From Bacteroidales bacterium (GTDB lineage Bacteria; Bacteroidota; Bacteroidia; Bacteroidales; VadinHA17), in NCBI GenBank assembly GCA_036759025.1, contig DAIOVL010000018.1:2494-66493 (forward strand): 64,000 nucleotides of DNA. Direction: 5' to 3'. A model generated the notes under the pieces. That model made no database searches. It saw nothing but the letters and a program-made list of their open reading frames with translations, and was not told the DNA's origin. A program made the position numbers and the translations under genes. Below, piece after piece: positions 56,223-64,000 of this stretch (position 1 is the first letter of the stretch; every line of letters starts with the position of its first letter).

Positions 56223-57557
56223 CTATAAAAGTTTACTTGCCAGTTCGGCCAGGAAGCTTCTTTCCCCCTTTACCAGGTTCACATGTGCAAAGACATCCTG
56301 GTTCTTCATTTTGTCTGAGAGGTAGCTGAGTCCGTTTGATGCGGTGTCGAGGTAAGGTGAGTCTATCTGCTCTATGTCTCCTGTAAATATCATTTTTGTT
56401 CCTTCCCCTGCACGGGTTATAATAGTCTTTATCTCATGAGGTGTAAGATTCTGGGCTTCATCTACTATGAAAAAGATACTCGAAAGACTTCTTCCCCTGA
56501 TATAGGCCAACGGAGTGATAACCAGCTTTTCCTCTTTCATCATATCGTTTATCCTCATGAATTCAGGGCTCTGGTGACTGAATTTGTGTTTGATTACTGT
56601 CAGGTTATCGTAGAGCGGCTGCATGTAGGGGTCCATTTTTTCCTTTATGTCGCCCGGGAGAAATCCAAGATCCCGGTTTGCCAGCGGGACAATAGGTCTG
56701 GCAAGGAAGATCTGCTTGTACCTCTTATGTTGCGCAAGTGCGGCTGCCAGTGCAAGGAGTGTCTTACCGGTGCCTGCTTTGCCGGTGAGCGAGACAAGCT
56801 GAATTTCGGGATTTGTAAGTGCGTCGAGGGCGAATGTCTGCTCCGCGTTCCTGGGATCGATGCCGTAGGTGGTTTGCTTTATAACCCTGTTAAGCACCCG
56901 GTTAACCGGGTTGAAATGAGCCAGGGCACTGGCACCACTGTTCTTCATTATAAAAAACTGGTGACCTTTAAGATCTGCTTCAATCTTAAAATCGTCAGCT
57001 ATCACTCCGTCAGGGAACTCATACAATTTGTTGATAAGATCATGGTCGACGCCTTCCATTACTGTAATTCCCTTATAAAGGTCGTCGATGTTTGCAACCT
57101 TGTCATTTTCATAGTCCTGTGCCTTGATGCCCAGTGACTTGGCCTTCATCCTGAGGTTTATGTCCTTGGTAATCAATACAACAGCCTTGTCCTTGTTGGT
57201 GGTGCAGACATAATCTGCAATTGCCAGTATTCTGTGGTCGGCATTTCTTTCAGGGAATGAAGCATTTACTTTCTCGGAAAAATCCCTTCCTGTTTCAATA
57301 TGCAGATTGCCCAGGTTTTCTCCCAGAGGGATATTTGCTGTTAAAAGCATATCGCCTGAAAGCTTGTCGAGCTCCCTGGTGAATTCTCTTGCGTGAAAAT
57401 TGATAAGATCGTTTCCTCTTTTAAACTTGTCTAGCTCTTCAAGAACTACTATCGGGATAATTACATCATTCTCCTCGAAATTGTAAATACACTTGTAATC
57501 ATGAAGAAGAACATTAGTGTCAATAATGAAAAGCTTTTTGTTGTGCTTTTTTGCCAT
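56223..57557 (-). CDS. PIN-domain + PhoH-like ATPase (YlaK type)
   Basis: PIN N-terminus FIIDTNVLLHD, Walker A GKAGTGKT, Walker B FFIVDEAQN. Confidence 0.9.
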   Translation of the reverse strand: MAKKHNKKLFIIDTNVLLHDYKCIYNFEENDVIIPIVVLEELDKFKRGNDLINFHAREFTRELDKLSGDMLLTANIPLGENLGNLHIETGRDFSEKVNASFPERNADHRILAIADYVCTTNKDKAVVLITKDINLRMKAKSLGIKAQDYENDKVANIDDLYKGITVMEGVDHDLINKLYEFPDGVIADDFKIEADLKGHQFFIMKNSGASALAHFNPVNRVLNRVIKQTTYGIDPRNAEQTFALDALTNPEIQLVSLTGKAGTGKTLLALAAALAQHKRYKQIFLARPIVPLANRDLGFLPGDIKEKMDPYMQPLYDNLTVIKHKFSHQSPEFMRINDMMKEEKLVITPLAYIRGRSLSSIFFIVDEAQNLTPHEIKTIITRAGEGTKMIFTGDIEQIDSPYLDTASNGLSYLSDKMKNQDVFAHVNLVKGERSFLAELASKLL

Positions 57558-57720
57558 ATTTTATTTTGTTAATAATCAGTAATTTACACTAACAGGGAAA
57601 CGCTCTTTATCAGGAGGGTAAAATTAACTAAAAAATTGCCATAAATTGCCACCTGTTATTAAAGTTAGTTATTTTGTGGATAAATGAACCGGGCATATAT
57701 GCAGCTTAAATCTGATAATT

Positions 57721-59010
57721 ATGAAATACAGTGAGGCCATAGGATTTCTGTATGAGAGTCTTCCGGCTTATCATCGCATAGGGAAGGCTGCGTACAGGGA
57801 CAACCTGGATAACACCCTTGCTCTTGATGATTATTTCGGACATCCTCACTTTAAATACAGGACTATTCATATAGCTGGCACAAATGGTAAAGGATCTGTA
57901 TCACATCTTATTGCATCGGTACTTATGGAAGCCGGTTATTCAACCGGACTTTACACTTCACCGCATCTCAGGGATTTCAGGGAGAGGATACTCGTTAACG
58001 GGGAAATGATCTCAAAGAAGTCCGTAGCGGGTTTCGTAGAAAGGCACCGAAAGATAATTGATGAACTTAAGCCCTCATTCTTTGAAATGACTGCAGCAAT
58101 GGCTTTTCATTATTTTGCCGTTATGAAAACTGATGTCGCTGTTATTGAAACAGGGATGGGAGGCCGCCTCGATTCAACTAATATCATAACTCCCGTGCTT
58201 TCGGTAATAACCAATACGGGACATGATCACATGGAATTTCTGGGCCGTACCCTTCCGGAGATTGCGTCAGAAAAAGCCGGTATAATAAAACCTGGAATTC
58301 CCGTAGTGATAGGTGAAACACAATCAGAGACTGAAGGGGTATTTGTTGCCCGTGCCGCAGCGAACAACGCAGAGATAAGTTTCGCTGATAAGAACTTCAG
58401 TTGCACACCCGGCCCCACTCCGGGATATTCCGAAAACAGGAAATTTATTGTTAAAGATTTAACGGAAGGTCGCTGTTATGAAGGGGAGATACCCCTTGGC
58501 GGTGATTATCAGAAAAAAAACCTACAGACTCTGTTTCAGGCAATGGGGATGCTTCGCCGCGAATTTACCATAAGTGACCAGGCCCTGCTAAGAGGAATTG
58601 CCCGGGTAGTCAAGAACACGCGTCTCCTCGGCCGTTGGCAGATACTTTCACGTGATCCTCTGGTTATTTGTGACACAGGTCATAATCCCGAAGGGATAAA
58701 ATATGTAACGGATCAGCTGGCCAGGACGGAAGCAAAAGTCAGGCACATGGTAATAGGTTTTGTAAACGACAAGGACACTGATGCTGTACTGCCCCTTTTC
58801 CCACGTGACGCAAAATATTATTTTACCAGGGCCTCGATAGACAGGGCTATGGACGAGAAGGTGCTGATGGAAAGGGCGATGGAACATGGTCTTAAGGGAA
58901 GCTGCTGGCCCACAGTTGCAGAGGCTCTGGCTGCTGCCAGGGAGAATGCAGCCCCGTCGGACCTGATTTTCATCGGAGGCAGTACTTTCGTTGTTGCCGA
59001 AGTAATATAA
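57721..59010 (+). CDS. folC: Folylpolyglutamate synthase / dihydrofolate synthase
   Basis: IAGTNGKGS, SPHL, ETGMGGRLDSTN. Confidence 0.9.
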   Translation: MKYSEAIGFLYESLPAYHRIGKAAYRDNLDNTLALDDYFGHPHFKYRTIHIAGTNGKGSVSHLIASVLMEAGYSTGLYTSPHLRDFRERILVNGEMISKKSVAGFVERHRKIIDELKPSFFEMTAAMAFHYFAVMKTDVAVIETGMGGRLDSTNIITPVLSVITNTGHDHMEFLGRTLPEIASEKAGIIKPGIPVVIGETQSETEGVFVARAAANNAEISFADKNFSCTPGPTPGYSENRKFIVKDLTEGRCYEGEIPLGGDYQKKNLQTLFQAMGMLRREFTISDQALLRGIARVVKNTRLLGRWQILSRDPLVICDTGHNPEGIKYVTDQLARTEAKVRHMVIGFVNDKDTDAVLPLFPRDAKYYFTRASIDRAMDEKVLMERAMEHGLKGSCWPTVAEALAAARENAAPSDLIFIGGSTFVVAEVI

Positions 59011-59086
59011 ATAAAGTAATTTAACAGGCACGGGACAGACTCACCCGGGAAGCAGAAAAAAATTAATTCTTTACTATACCAGGGTT

Positions 59087-60901
59087 ATGAAAAGGACATT
59101 CGCAGTTATCATTTTATATGCTGTTACATTAATGCCGGTGGCAGCACAAAGTGGAAAGAAGATCACCATCATTCATACCAATGATCTCCATTCCAGGCTT
59201 GCCGGATATGCCCCGGAACTGGCCTATACACCACTTTCAGTCAATGACGATGCCACGGTGGGAGGTTTTTCCAGAATAGCATCAATAATTAACGGCGAAA
59301 AGAAAAAGGCTGCCGGTGTAAGCCTTGTCGTTGATGCAGGAGATTTTCTGATGGGTACATTGTTCCAGGCACTCGAGCCCTCAACGGGATTTCAGCTCCG
59401 GCTTATGAAGCGGATGGGATACGATGCCGTGTGCATTGGAAACCATGAATTCGATTTTGGTCCCGGTACTCTTGCAGAAATTATTAGTTCATCAAAAAAC
59501 GCAGGCGAAATACCTCCACTTCTTCTTGGTAATGCCGTTTTCAGTGAAGAAGATACTGCCGACGATCAGCTCATGGAATTGTTTGACAATGGAACAATAA
59601 GCCGCAGTTTTATTCTTGAAAGGGACGGAATTAAGGTTGGATTCTTCTCACTTCTGGGAAAGGTTGCAGATGAAAATGCTGCCTTTGCACCCCCTGTGAC
59701 ATTCTCAAAACAGGTGAAAACAGCCAGGAAGCTTGCAGCCGGGTTAAGGAAGCAGGGCTGCGACATAGTTATTTGTCTTTCCCATTCGGGGGTCTCAAAA
59801 GGGAAGAAAGGTGAATGGGAGGGAGAAGATGTGTCTCTTGCCCTTAAGGTAAAAGATATTGATGTCGTTATAAGCGGACATACGCACACCCGCCTCGATA
59901 AGCCGTTAATGATAAAAGGAACGACTGTCGTTCAGACAGGAGAATACGGGAAAAACGTAGGAGTTCTGACGCTCGGACTAAATGAGGGGACCGTCTCAGT
60001 GGATGGCTATAGTCTTATTCCTGTCGACGACAGGGTGGAAGGAGATGAGCCGGTGAACGATTTGATAATGGAGCAGAAGGAGCTTGTGACAGAAAAAATC
60101 CTTGCTCCGGCAGGGATGGACTACGACAGACCTCTGGCTGAAGCGTCGTATGTGCTTGAGTGCGATGAACAGGGAGATGTGGCAGACAGTAATCTGGGTC
60201 CCCTGGTTGCCGATGCCATTCACAGCTATGTCAACAATCATGTTGCAGGAGGAACAGACATATCGATGGTCGCTGTGGGTGTGATACGCGACAGGATTAT
60301 GCCTGGGCTGCAATCGGCTCCTGATATCTTCAGAATAATGTCGATGGGAAAAGGTGACGACGACATACCCGGATATCCGCTATCAAAGGTGTATGTTACA
60401 GGGCGTGAACTTAAAAGCATACTCGAGATACTTATGATGGCAGGCAGGTCAACCCCTTCAAATTATTGCTATTATTCGGGAATGAATGCTGAATATGACC
60501 CGGGTAAAGGGCTGCTCAGGAAGATACAGAAAATTACCATTCTGAAGAGTGACGGTACTCAAAAAGTTGTAGACTTCTCAAAAAAGAACAAAACTCTTTA
60601 TGCCATTACCGCAAATTCATATATGCTTGAGTTTGTGGGGATAATAAAGAAGATGAGCAAGGGACTGATAAATGTTGTGCCTAAAGACGCCGGTGGCAGT
60701 CCGGTGACTGACATGAAGAAAATGGTGATGGACTTCGACAGCAGCAAAGACGGCATCCAGGAAGGAAAGGAATGGCTTGCCATCGTGGAGTTATTGTCGG
60801 GCATGAATGATATTAACAATAACGCGATCCCTGATATTGATGAAAGATACAGGATGCCTGTAAGAAGTCTTGTAGATATATCAGCAGGCGACCCTGACTA
60901 A
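59087..60901 (+). CDS. Secreted bifunctional metallophosphatase / 5'-nucleotidase (UshA-like)
   Basis: Signal peptide. IIHTNDLHSRL, DAGDFLMGT, GNHEFDFG, CLSHSG, SGHTH. Confidence 0.85.
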   Translation: MKRTFAVIILYAVTLMPVAAQSGKKITIIHTNDLHSRLAGYAPELAYTPLSVNDDATVGGFSRIASIINGEKKKAAGVSLVVDAGDFLMGTLFQALEPSTGFQLRLMKRMGYDAVCIGNHEFDFGPGTLAEIISSSKNAGEIPPLLLGNAVFSEEDTADDQLMELFDNGTISRSFILERDGIKVGFFSLLGKVADENAAFAPPVTFSKQVKTARKLAAGLRKQGCDIVICLSHSGVSKGKKGEWEGEDVSLALKVKDIDVVISGHTHTRLDKPLMIKGTTVVQTGEYGKNVGVLTLGLNEGTVSVDGYSLIPVDDRVEGDEPVNDLIMEQKELVTEKILAPAGMDYDRPLAEASYVLECDEQGDVADSNLGPLVADAIHSYVNNHVAGGTDISMVAVGVIRDRIMPGLQSAPDIFRIMSMGKGDDDIPGYPLSKVYVTGRELKSILEILMMAGRSTPSNYCYYSGMNAEYDPGKGLLRKIQKITILKSDGTQKVVDFSKKNKTLYAITANSYMLEFVGIIKKMSKGLINVVPKDAGGSPVTDMKKMVMDFDSSKDGIQEGKEWLAIVELLSGMNDINNNAIPDIDERYRMPVRSLVDISAGDPD

Positions 60902-60906
60902 GGGGC

Positions 60907-62538
60907 TTACCATTTGCTGTAGGGATTGTCCACGATTATCCTTTCTTTCCTGTCGGCAACATTAAAACCAATCTTCCAGATCGTTCTGGTGACAAGCTCC
61001 ATTTTGTCAAAGTCGATTTTTTCAATTACGTCTCCGGGTGTGTGATAGTCGGTATGAAGTCCTGTGGTGAAGAACAGTACAGGGATGTCATTTTTTACAA
61101 AATTGTAATGGTCGCTCCTTGAGAACAGCTGAAGTGTGTGGTCTCTTCCGCTCAGAGAATAATCAAAATCAAGGATAGTCGACTCATCCTCCTCTTGTGC
61201 TATTCTGAGCAATTCGGCACTCTGATTGCCTGTGATCACGAATACCTCATGGGAGCCAGTCATGGGATTTTCTGCAGTAGTGTCAGCAACTCCTTTAAGC
61301 CTTCCGATCATGTCCATGTTCAGTGTGGCTACTGTTTTTCCGAGTGGGACAAGAGGGTTGTTTACGTAATGTTGAGAACCGTACAATCCAATTTCTTCTC
61401 CTGAAACCCAAAGAAACAGGAGTGATCGCTGAGGTTTCTTTTTCAGGCTGTTAAAGGCACTGGCAATGGACAGAAGGGCGGAACATCCGGAGGCATTATC
61501 GTCGGCGCCTGCATTAATTTTATCTCCGGCAGCTCCTATGTGGTCTGCATGAGCCATGAAGACGACATATTCATCCTTCAGGGCAGGATCACTTCCATCG
61601 ATGACAGCAGCTATATTGTTAAGGGTTATTTCTTTCTTCAGCAAGCTTTCTGTTATGGTAACCTGTTTTTCTTGTATGGTGAAGCTGGCAGGTTTGAGTG
61701 AAGAGTCTATTTCTTTTTGAAGTTGTTCGAGCGTCCTGCCGCTTCCTTTCAGCAGCTCATCCGCAACGCTTCTGTCTGCCAGCAGTATTTTGGGCAGATT
61801 AGGCATCTGGATCGTCCGGGGCTTTTCACCCTTGAGGTTATAGGATGAATTAAGTTGCCCCGATAAGCCCGGGTATTTCTGGTCGATGGAAGTGAATCCT
61901 GATTTTGGATCCATTACGATCATCACAGCTCCGGCCCCTGTGAAAAGAAGGGGTGTAAGTTTTGCCTGAACACTCATGAACGAAGACCAGTCGACCCCCT
62001 CGAAAAGATATTTTTTCCCGTCATCAGTTGTTGGAGCCCCCCACATTACCAGTAAGATCTTTCCCTTTGCATCAATACCGTCAAAGTCATTGTATCCGTA
62101 CCTGTCCTGCCGGAGCCCGTAACCTGCAAAAATGACTTCTCCGCTCACAGTGAAATCTGCAGGACCGGTAGGAAGTATCTGGTATAATGGTTTTCTGATT
62201 GTAACTGTTTCGCCATTGCTGCCGGTTATGCTTATCATTGTTTTTTCGGGATGCATAATGCTTTTTTCAATGACGTATGGCTGCAAAAAGCTGTTGCCTG
62301 ATGCAGGCTTAAGTCCCATCAGCCGAGCCTGCGTGATGATATACTGCTGGGCAATCTCAAGTCCGGATTCACCGTTCTCCCTTCCCCGCAGAAGGGGAGA
62401 TGCGAGAAAAGACATGTGACTTTCGAGATCACGTGCTGTTATATTTTGAATGCCGGAATCCTTCTTTTGGCTGATAGCAGAGCCTGTAAAAAAGGTTATG
62501 AGCAACAATGACAGAATAAGAAAATAATTGCTTTTCAT
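60907..62538 (-). CDS. M28-family aminopeptidase with a PA domain
   Basis: Signal peptide. HADHIG, DDNASGCSALLSIA, GEEIGLYGSQHY, HTDYHTPGD. Confidence 0.85.
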   Translation of the reverse strand: MKSNYFLILSLLLITFFTGSAISQKKDSGIQNITARDLESHMSFLASPLLRGRENGESGLEIAQQYIITQARLMGLKPASGNSFLQPYVIEKSIMHPEKTMISITGSNGETVTIRKPLYQILPTGPADFTVSGEVIFAGYGLRQDRYGYNDFDGIDAKGKILLVMWGAPTTDDGKKYLFEGVDWSSFMSVQAKLTPLLFTGAGAVMIVMDPKSGFTSIDQKYPGLSGQLNSSYNLKGEKPRTIQMPNLPKILLADRSVADELLKGSGRTLEQLQKEIDSSLKPASFTIQEKQVTITESLLKKEITLNNIAAVIDGSDPALKDEYVVFMAHADHIGAAGDKINAGADDNASGCSALLSIASAFNSLKKKPQRSLLFLWVSGEEIGLYGSQHYVNNPLVPLGKTVATLNMDMIGRLKGVADTTAENPMTGSHEVFVITGNQSAELLRIAQEEDESTILDFDYSLSGRDHTLQLFSRSDHYNFVKNDIPVLFFTTGLHTDYHTPGDVIEKIDFDKMELVTRTIWKIGFNVADRKERIIVDNPYSKW

Positions 62539-62635
62539 GGGAGTTACTTAAAAAATTCAGAGAATAAATTTAGAAAAGATTTCATCACAGGATTCCCCTT
62601 TACTGTTTAAAGTCTGTCTTTTCTGACTTTTTTAT

Positions 62636-62643
62636 TAAATTTG
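62636..62643 (+). promoter_or_regulatory. -7 promoter box for the TerC-family gene
   Basis: TAAATTTG lies 16 nt upstream of GTG 62660 / ATG 62663. Confidence 0.45.
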
Positions 62644-62662
62644 CCGCCTCATTTTAGCTGTG

Positions 62663-63586
62663 ATGGTTAATATTTATTTCTGGATAGGATTTCATATACT
62701 CATCTTTCTTATTCTTGCACTCGACCTCGGAGTATTCAGCAGAAAAGAACATAAAGTGCCTCTCAAAGAGGCTTTAATCTGGGTGAGTGCATGGGTTGTC
62801 CTGGCTATTTTATTTAACGTATTTGTATATTATGAGTTTGGAAAGACAAAAGCCCTTGAATTCCTTACCGGTTATGTGATCGAATATTCTCTTAGCGTTG
62901 ACAACATATTCGTATTCATCCTGATATTCACATATTTTGCCGTTCCTGAGAAATATCAGCACAAGATTTTGTTCTGGGGAATTCTGGGGGCTCTGATAAT
63001 GAGAGGTATATTTATTTTCGCCGGTGTCGCGCTGATAAACAGGTTCCACTGGATAATCCTGATATTCGGAGCTTTTCTGGTGATCACTGGTATCAGGATG
63101 CTCTTTCAGAGTGAAACTCATGTGGATCCTGAGAAGAATCCTGTGGTAAGATTTGCACGACGGTTTATGCCTGTTACAAAAGAGCTCCATGGAAGCAGGC
63201 TTTTTGTCAGGGAGGGTGGAAAATTATTTGCCACACCCCTGTTTCTCGTTCTGCTGGTAATAGAGTCATCAGATCTGATCTTTGCAGTCGACAGCATACC
63301 TGCCGTTCTTGCAATAAGCCACGACAGATTCATAGTATACACGTCCAACATTTTTGCAATTCTCGGCCTGCGCTCATTATATTTTGCCGTTAACGGTATA
63401 ATGGGATATTTCAGATACCTCAAGACAGGTCTGGCATTTGTACTGGCTTTTGTCGGATTCAAAATGCTGGCTTCATTTTTTCACTTCGAAATCCCGATTC
63501 TTCTTTCCCTCGGAGTCATTACAGGTATTCTTCTACTTTCGATTTTATTTTCGATAATCATCAGGAAGAATAAGGAATCCATCTAG
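62663..63586 (+). CDS. TerC-family integral membrane protein
   Basis: IEYSLSVDNIFVF and AVDSIPAV motifs, multi-TM. The start could be GTG 62660 or ATG 62663. Confidence 0.88.
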   Translation: MVNIYFWIGFHILIFLILALDLGVFSRKEHKVPLKEALIWVSAWVVLAILFNVFVYYEFGKTKALEFLTGYVIEYSLSVDNIFVFILIFTYFAVPEKYQHKILFWGILGALIMRGIFIFAGVALINRFHWIILIFGAFLVITGIRMLFQSETHVDPEKNPVVRFARRFMPVTKELHGSRLFVREGGKLFATPLFLVLLVIESSDLIFAVDSIPAVLAISHDRFIVYTSNIFAILGLRSLYFAVNGIMGYFRYLKTGLAFVLAFVGFKMLASFFHFEIPILLSLGVITGILLLSILFSIIIRKNKESI

Positions 63587-63673
63587 GTTGATCATATATT
63601 TAAGGGAAATTGTTAATTTTACTTTTTCTGATAAAAATTGTGATCGCTTTAGCCTGTCGTTAACATCGGTCTG

Positions 63674-64000
63674 ATGAATCTTAAACATCATAAACCTGGC
63701 ACACCGTGGACTTTAATAATGCTTTTCGTCATTGTTTCGGCACTGAGCGTTTCGGCAGGTCTGTTTTATTACAGATATCTGAAACGGGAATCCCTCGAAA
63801 ATACTGCGCAGGAACTATCAACTATTTCAGATCTTAAGGTAAGACAGATAGTCGACTGGAGAAGGGAAAGGATGGCCGACGGTAATTTCCTTCGTCAGAA
63901 TATTACTCTTACAAGGAGGTTCAGAGAGTTTCTGGATGAGCCTGACAACAAAAGGATCCAGGATGATCTGCTTGCGACAATGAAGTCGCTTGTAGAGTAC
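63674..64000 (+). CDS. N-terminal part of a membrane-anchored protein, possibly a sensor (PAS/histidine-kinase type); runs off the right edge
   Basis: My own translation from the ATG at 63674 gives MNLKHHKPGTPWTLIMLFVIVSALSVSAGLFYYRYLKRESLENTAQELSTISDLKVRQIVDWRRERMADGNFL..., 109 codons with no stop. It has one TM helix followed by a helical juxtamembrane region. The sensor assignment is an inference from N-termini of similar style. Confidence 0.4.
   Translation, partial: MNLKHHKPGTPWTLIMLFVIVSALSVSAGLFYYRYLKRESLENTAQELSTISDLKVRQIVDWRRERMADGNFLRQNITLTRRFREFLDEPDNKRIQDDLLATMKSLVEY

Noticed and set aside
56436-57137. 233-aa + strand ORF
   Set aside because: It is antisense to the PIN-PhoH ATPase gene, which has Walker A/B motifs. 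The ORF has no motifs and is a shadow ORF.
56223-57557. PIN-PhoH protein as a toxin-antitoxin or anti-phage defence module
   Set aside because: It is a single fused gene of the widely conserved YlaK type. There is no partner antitoxin, no mobile-element context and no neighbouring defence genes.
62539-62662. Mn2+ (yybP-ykoY) riboswitch upstream of the TerC-family gene
   Set aside because: TerC genes often carry this riboswitch in other phyla. Here the spacer is only ~120 nt, AT-rich, and has a -7 box 16 nt from the start codon. I could not find the conserved GC-rich four-helix core. A covariance-model scan would settle it.
1-64000. tRNA, rRNA, tmRNA, CRISPR arrays, transposases, integrases and prophage genes
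   Set aside because: I scanned all spacers longer than 100 nt by eye. The longest is ~247 nt at 20948-21194. I saw no tRNA-like T-arm/acceptor pattern, no direct-repeat/spacer arrays, and no ORFs with recombinase or transposase motifs. A tRNAscan/Infernal run would be the decisive check.

Overview
This window reads as a gene-dense chromosomal segment from a Bacteroidota (Bacteroidia-like) genome. Three things support that: type IX secretion (T9SS) genes porU, porV, a porP/sprF-family gene and gldJ; repeated exact TAnnTTTG '-7' promoter boxes; and many lipoprotein or signal-peptide starts with no obvious Shine-Dalgarno sequence. I support about 48 CDS, two of them truncated at the window edges. 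Most are housekeeping genes: alaS, recR, rlmN, murF, folC, ispF, mtaB, hutU, dcp, an E2 acyltransferase and an acyl-CoA ligase. I saw no rRNA, tRNA, CRISPR array, transposase, integrase or phage genes. The best candidate for an undescribed system is the left 8.6 kb. It holds a TonB-dependent receptor followed by non-SusD lipoproteins, two secreted endonuclease/exonuclease/phosphatase (EEP) enzymes, and a T9SS-exported protein. The lipoproteins and the T9SS protein share a two-lobed, OB-fold-like module of the kind seen in ExeM/NucH-type extracellular nucleases, so the locus looks like a split-up nucleic-acid capture, degradation and uptake system. Secondary items are: a tandem pair of TPR/PD40 envelope paralogs with different C-terminal anchors; an overlapping lipoprotein/OM-barrel pair; the T9SS hub with porV-ispF start/stop overlap; two structured palindromic intergenic elements; and several track 'TTG starts' that are really the TTTG of a -7 promoter box. 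Family names come from motifs I recognise by eye, not from database searches. Hand-placed motif coordinates may be off by 1-2 nt.
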